In this document: positions 59,157-64,000 of the stretch, in pieces | Numbering within the stretch: position 1 is the stretch's first letter | Layout: each line of letters starts with the position of its first letter | Position numbers and translations under genes: made by a program | Assembly (NCBI GenBank): GCA_020891255.1 | Contig: BQFW01000013.1 | Span: forward strand, 1,612,001 to 1,676,000 | From: Entomortierella parvispora E1425 | Taxonomy: Eukaryota > Fungi > Mortierellomycota | Direction of reading: 5' to 3' | Length of the DNA: 64,000 nt | Notes under the pieces: generated by a model | Told to the model about the DNA's origin: nothing | Databases searched by the model: none | The model's input: only the letters and a program-made list of their open reading frames with translations

Positions 59157-61004
59157 TCACATCACCCTTTCGCCAAGGCATTCGCCCTTCCACAAGAAAA
59201 CAAGCTGCAATCCTGGTCGAAGACGTTCCCTCCGCCACGCCTCAAGCACCTCATTGTCACCAGTCTTCACGTCCGCCACCAACTGTATCGCGTCCAAAAA
59301 TCGGAAGCGGTCCACCACCTCTGCTTGAAACTCCTCTGGGACGACCCTGAACCCATCCTGTAGCCTGAACGTAAGCGATTGGAGATAGGGCCGTTCTCCG
59401 AGCCAACTTGTTCGACCGTCCTCTTCCTCTGTGCTGCTGGCTGCTCTGTGACATTGACCAAGACCGTCGAAAACTGAATAGTTCGAGACACTGGCCGTAA
59501 CAGATAGATCGACCAGTCGGGGAAGCTGTCCTAGGAGCTTGTTCAATGCCTTTGTCAAGTCCAGACTTGAGGCTAGTCCAAGGTGTCCCGTCAATCGCAA
59601 GCTGGTCAATGACTGACTAAAGGGAAACCACTGACGCTCATCTTGGGGCCGATAGTGCTGCGATGGAGATGGCCCTATCATCTTTCCAGTACCGGCTGAT
59701 GTCAACTCCGTCTGCTGCTGCTGTCTTTCTAGGCCATTTTCTTTAACCTGCATAATGTCGTGTAAGAAGGAGGGATTCTGAGATAATTCAACCTCCTCTA
59801 GATTGTGGCATCCCTTCAGGTTCAGAAAAGCCATCATGTCTGCTGCACTCTCGGAATGTTGATCCCACCATGAAAATTGCAAGCCACGTAGTCGTATCCG
59901 TATATTTTGAAAGATCTCTGTCATCCTGGGAAGTCCGCTTGAGCCGTCGTCTGTCCATTGGCCAGCCAAGCCTAGATACTGAAGATTGGGAGATGCTTCC
60001 AGAAACCAAACCAAAACCACAAGCTCAATTACAGTGTACCAAGTCAGGTTCAATCGCTTCAAGGTCGGGAATTGGACCAAACCAGTCGCCATTAAACTGT
60101 CGAGAAAGAGCGGAGACCATGAGCCAAGTCCGAAACGAAGGTCAATCGTCGATATATTCGGAAGCATGGACATGAAATCCATGACCTGGCTCTTGGACAT
60201 GACACTGTTGCCAAGCTGAAGCATCTGAATGTTTGTGAACGGTCCAGGTGAAGGTGCTGATCCGCGACTCGGTGCTGATGCGGTGGCCATTATTCTTTGT
60301 CGAATGGTTTCCTGGCCTTCATCCTGTATGTCTTTCTGAGTAGTGCCACCAATCTCCTCAGCCAGGAAGTCGATTGTTCCTAGAGACAAACTCTTGAGAC
60401 CGGTGGCCGAGTTCAAAAAGCCGATCAAGGAGTTCCACCGAAGCGAGATCATACCAAGACGACGAGGACCCAGCTTAAAGGACTCGAGCCTCTTGTTGGG
60501 CATCTGTGACAAGGCGCTTAGAAGGAGATCAGCCCCAGTGTCTCTTGCCGTAGGCCGAATCTCAAGGGTACGTAACTCATTCATGAGATAGGCTACTTGA
60601 CCGAGTGTCTCAAGGTCCTCTTGAATGGCGTCGATCAAGATCAGCTTGGTCAGAGAGTTGGGGCAGAATCGACTGAGGAGACGAATGGGATCGTCCTTGT
60701 AGCCGTTTAAGGTGACGGATCGAATACACTGACGATGCCTGACCTTTTCGTTTCTGATAGAGTGTATATGATCAGGTGCCTCTTCGTCGTCCTGGTCGAA
60801 TGCTTCCCCTCCCAGTTCAAGCAGCGACTGTCCCAGTCCGACGTGGTAGTGTAGGTAGAAATGGGGTTCGCAGAGCTGGTGCCATGCTTTGGACACCAGG
60901 CGAAGGAGCAGAATCTGCGACCGTGTCAGATAAACAAGCACCGCCTCTGCAAGTTCAGGAATGGCGAGAATGACTTTGATGGGCGAATCCATGGTTGTCT
61001 GCAT
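59157..61004 (-). CDS. F-box-like/LRR-like protein, single long ORF
   Basis: VILAIPELAEAVLVYLTRSQILLLRLVSKAWHQLC (F-box-like), then L.xL.L repeats. Confidence 0.75.
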   Translation of the reverse strand: MQTTMDSPIKVILAIPELAEAVLVYLTRSQILLLRLVSKAWHQLCEPHFYLHYHVGLGQSLLELGGEAFDQDDEEAPDHIHSIRNEKVRHRQCIRSVTLNGYKDDPIRLLSRFCPNSLTKLILIDAIQEDLETLGQVAYLMNELRTLEIRPTARDTGADLLLSALSQMPNKRLESFKLGPRRLGMISLRWNSLIGFLNSATGLKSLSLGTIDFLAEEIGGTTQKDIQDEGQETIRQRIMATASAPSRGSAPSPGPFTNIQMLQLGNSVMSKSQVMDFMSMLPNISTIDLRFGLGSWSPLFLDSLMATGLVQFPTLKRLNLTWYTVIELVVLVWFLEASPNLQYLGLAGQWTDDGSSGLPRMTEIFQNIRIRLRGLQFSWWDQHSESAADMMAFLNLKGCHNLEEVELSQNPSFLHDIMQVKENGLERQQQQTELTSAGTGKMIGPSPSQHYRPQDERQWFPFSQSLTSLRLTGHLGLASSLDLTKALNKLLGQLPRLVDLSVTASVSNYSVFDGLGQCHRAASSTEEEDGRTSWLGERPYLQSLTFRLQDGFRVVPEEFQAEVVDRFRFLDAIQLVADVKTGDNEVLEAWRRERLRPGLQLVFLWKGECLGERVM

Positions 61005-61030
61005 GTGCTGAAGTGAGACTGAAGAATGAA

Positions 61031-61076
61031 GAATGAATGAATGAATGAATGAATGAATGAATGAATGAATGAATGA
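61031..61076. repeat. (GAAT)n microsatellite just upstream of the F-box gene start
   Basis: Direct read. Confidence 0.9.
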
Positions 61077-61365
61077 AAATGAATGAATGAGAAAGAACAG
61101 ATGCAACGGATGCGAGTGAACCGAAGCAAAAGGGGGGAGGGTGGCTAAAAAGAACAAAAGGAGGTCTGGTCAACAGACGATCTTGGGGCTCATCCATCTC
61201 AGCCCAGTTCCCCTTCTCTGTTTCTGGACCCAATCAACACGCGGCACCCTTTGGACCTGCGTGGCGAAGTGTGCGGTGAACACGACGCGTCGCTTTGAAG
61301 ACGCGTCGACTAGGTTTTATTCACTGCATATATGTAGTTGTCGGTGGTCTTGGTCTGATTGTGGT

Positions 61366-61551
61366 CTATGGCGTGGGCTTGCAGACGGGTCCTGTGCCGT
61401 AGCGGGGATTCCACTTCAGACTGGGGCAAGGGATCCGCAGATCTGTAGGCGTGGGTTTTGGATGTTGTAGCTGCGCAACCGGTGCTGCCAGAGTCGTGGC
61501 CGTCAGCAGCAAGAGTGAAAAGCACAGAAGAGAGTTGATAGAGACCTTCAT
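61366..61551 (-). CDS. Small secreted peptide precursor (61 aa), single-unit homolog of the 44980-46080 repeat
   Basis: Signal peptide MKVSINSLLCFSLLLLTATTLA, then IPCPSLKWNPRYGTGPVCKPTP*. Confidence 0.8.
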   Translation of the reverse strand: MKVSINSLLCFSLLLLTATTLAAPVAQLQHPKPTPTDLRIPCPSLKWNPRYGTGPVCKPTP

Positions 61552-62357
61552 GATGGACTGAATGGCAGAGTATTATAAGAGTCTGGAGGATTTGTTGTAG
61601 ATGGAGGATGAAAGGGCAGAGATGAAAGAGGAGAGATAGAGAGAAAGAAAGTCTCTTTAACCATGTTTGCTGACATGTTCATCAGACCCTTTAACATTCC
61701 TATCAGGGGAATAAACGAACGTAGAGTTCTCCTCTAGGTCGAGAATGGAATAGACAAGTTCTCAGGGAACGACGGGACTACGAGAGCAGAGCGCAAGCGA
61801 CTGCAAACAAACGAACAGCACCTTGCAACGGCTCGGTCTCCTTTTTTTGTCCAGAAAGAGGTTGCTGCTGTCGTCACACGGTTTGTTGCAAGAACGAGAG
61901 CAAAGTGCTGTTGTTGTTGAACAAGTGGATCTTCTTTTTCTGTTGTGCATCGTGCAAACACAACGAACATCTCGCGTCTTTTTTTTCTGCTCTGTTGTCA
62001 GGGGAGGAAAGGAAGAAAAGAGTAAAGAAAGGACAAAGGGTAGCAGGCAGTAACCGACATCCTTGACTAAAGGTCGTGACCAGGATCATTGTCTTGCACA
62101 TGAGTGCGGGCATCATCGTCGTCCACGCAAGAGACCATGGCCATGTCCCAAACAACAACAACCACACATACAAACACCATAGAAAAGTGCTCTCAACCCT
62201 TCCATCGGCCTCTTTTTGTTCGTTCATTTCCCTCTCTTTGACTTCATGCGATAATCGCCCTTCGCTGGGTTGTGAGCATTGACCGTTGGCATCCAAGGAC
62301 ACGGTCAACTCAACCCAACAACCATGCCATTGCGAGCCCGCCCTTTTTCCTTTGCCA

Positions 62358-62408
62358 TCCTTCCTTCCTTCCTTCCTTCCTTCCTTCCTTCCTTCCTTCC
62401 TTCCTTCC
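62358..62408. repeat. (CCTT)n microsatellite
   Basis: Direct read. Confidence 0.9.
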
Positions 62409-62833
62409 CCTGCCTCTATTCAGTCATCTGCTAATCCCCCCTGCTCGTGTCATCTCTTTCCTTCCATCTCTCCATCTGTCCATCCTCCATCTATTCCCAT
62501 CTGACACGCGCACTCCTCATCCTTGCAACCCCTGTCTGTCGCCACCGTCCCTTCATCCCCCCTTTCCTTCGACTTTGGCCGACCTCTTGTCTTTCCTTCT
62601 CGCTCTCTCTCCATCCCTCTTTCGCTCTTTTCCCCTTCTCTCATTCATTCATCCATCCATCCACCCTTGCACATCCCTCACCCTGTCGTTTCTTTAGCAG
62701 GTAAGCATAGAGTCTTGTCTCTCCTCTCGAGTAGAACCCCCGTCTTCCCTGTTCCTGTTGGTCTCATAACAAACGCGTCTCTTTCATTCCCTCAATCTCC
62801 CTTGGACAGGCCATCCCTCCAACAGAAGCAGCG

Positions 62834-64000
62834 ATGGATGGAGCTGCATTCCAGGGCATGCCGCGCATAGCCCTCACTCCGGCTGAGGAGGCGCTCATCC
62901 CCCGGCCGCATTCATCCGCGTCCCAGGTCGCCACTGCCGTACCCTCAGCCTACAGTCGCCACTCGACCTCTCCGCCCACGCCGCGCCACCCTCACCATCC
63001 AAACCACCACAGCAGCCTGGCCCATCATCCTTACTATGCCAACTCCAGTGCTGCCAACTCTACGCTGGCAGGTCTTCATCAATCGCCTTCCTCAGCGTCT
63101 ATACCCCTGACTACAGACCAGTACTCGCGGCCAGCTTCGCCGTCGCCGCTGCAGCAACAGCAACAACAGTCATCCGTGTCAATGTATTCAATAGCAGGAG
63201 CCTCGATCTCGAGCGCAACAGGAGGAGGAGGAGCATTGGCACCGACAACCCCTGCTTCGGGATCAGAACAAGAGTATCCCCAGAACCCGCAGGACGGCTA
63301 CTATTCCCAAGTTCCCCCTCGCCCGTCTTCACCCGGTCCTCCTCGGCTTGCCTTCTCGCTCACGCCTCGACCTGCTCGCTCTCCCTCGCCCCAACTCTAT
63401 GGGAACTTGTACGATCAAAACTACCAACCACGGACGTCATACTTTTCACGAGGCTCTTATGACGCTCAACCTCGACCCGGTTCGCCGCTACAGCAGGAGC
63501 ATCAAGAGTCCTGGGACAGCGCGCGGATGGAATCACCCGCTCAAATGACAGACTCTGAAGACGACACAGACTCGGATGACGAGGCAGAGGAAGATTCTAG
63601 ACAAAGGAGAAAGAGGCGAGATCCACCCAAGCGCACCAACAGCAGGAGCATTCTCCGGCGACTAAAAGAGAGCACGAGTCGGATAAGTTTCGGGGATGAC
63701 GGCTCAGCATCAGCATCAGCCTCGCAACGACCCTACAGGACAAGTCAGGAATCGGACCGCGCGCATCGAAACAGTCGAGACTCTTCTTCAACCTCGCTTC
63801 CTGGAAAGGAGGTCCTCCAAGACCTTTCCGATGAAGAAAAGCAACAGGAGCCACGAAAGAGTCGATCTGCTTGGAGACCCTCGCTCTCACTGATTCGGCA
63901 AGAGAGCGATGGCTCGGGCATGAATTCGTATCTCCAAAATGACCCCAACCGTATCAGTGGACAGCCCGGCAGCGGGAGCACGGGCCCCCGACGAAGCAGC
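62834..64000 (+). CDS. N-terminal low-complexity part of an unidentified gene, running off the window edge
   Basis: MDGAAFQGMPRIALTPAEEAL... stays open for ~389 codons to the edge by hand translation (absent from the ORF track, no stop); upstream GTAAGC donor at 62701 suggests a 5'UTR intron. Confidence 0.7.
   Translation, partial: MDGAAFQGMPRIALTPAEEALIPRPHSSASQVATAVPSAYSRHSTSPPTPRHPHHPNHHSSLAHHPYYANSSAANSTLAGLHQSPSSASIPLTTDQYSRPASPSPLQQQQQQSSVSMYSIAGASISSATGGGGALAPTTPASGSEQEYPQNPQDGYYSQVPPRPSSPGPPRLAFSLTPRPARSPSPQLYGNLYDQNYQPRTSYFSRGSYDAQPRPGSPLQQEHQESWDSARMESPAQMTDSEDDTDSDDEAEEDSRQRRKRRDPPKRTNSRSILRRLKESTSRISFGDDGSASASASQRPYRTSQESDRAHRNSRDSSSTSLPGKEVLQDLSDEEKQQEPRKSRSAWRPSLSLIRQESDGSGMNSYLQNDPNRISGQPGSGSTGPRRSS

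Noticed and set aside
1-64000. tRNA or rRNA genes; the many short shadow ORFs in the track
   Set aside because: No RNA-gene signature recognised by eye (tRNAscan/Infernal would settle it); short ORFs overlap stronger genes, introns or microsatellites

Overview
Intron-rich fungal DNA. The gene families present point to a Mortierellaceae-type early-diverging fungus (inference, no search run). About 18 host genes: WW-domain protein, R3HCC1-like, C9orf78-like, GNAT, two F-box-like proteins, a NACHT-pentapeptide-WD40 NLR, AHA1, FAD monooxygenase, CFAP20, a PHD-JmjC demethylase, four paralogous single-pass membrane proteins, two related secreted Cys-loop peptide precursors and one gene cut by the window edge. 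Three mobile or selfish elements: (1) an apparently intact 7-exon, ~1,773-aa giant Fanzor (TnpB-like RuvC + Zn finger) at 7218-13073(-) with a 56-bp direct repeat upstream; (2) a second, differently built Fanzor at 25799-~31.7 kb(+) with an N-terminal XPG/FEN1-like PIN nuclease domain, interrupted by one or two frame breaks and possibly bounded by a 9-bp TSD and degenerate TIRs; (3) a complete, young DIRS retrotransposon at 39131-43380(-) with ITRs, ICR and a candidate -1 frameshift cassette at the gag-pol junction. Exon joins and lengths were worked out by hand; family names come from motif recognition only.
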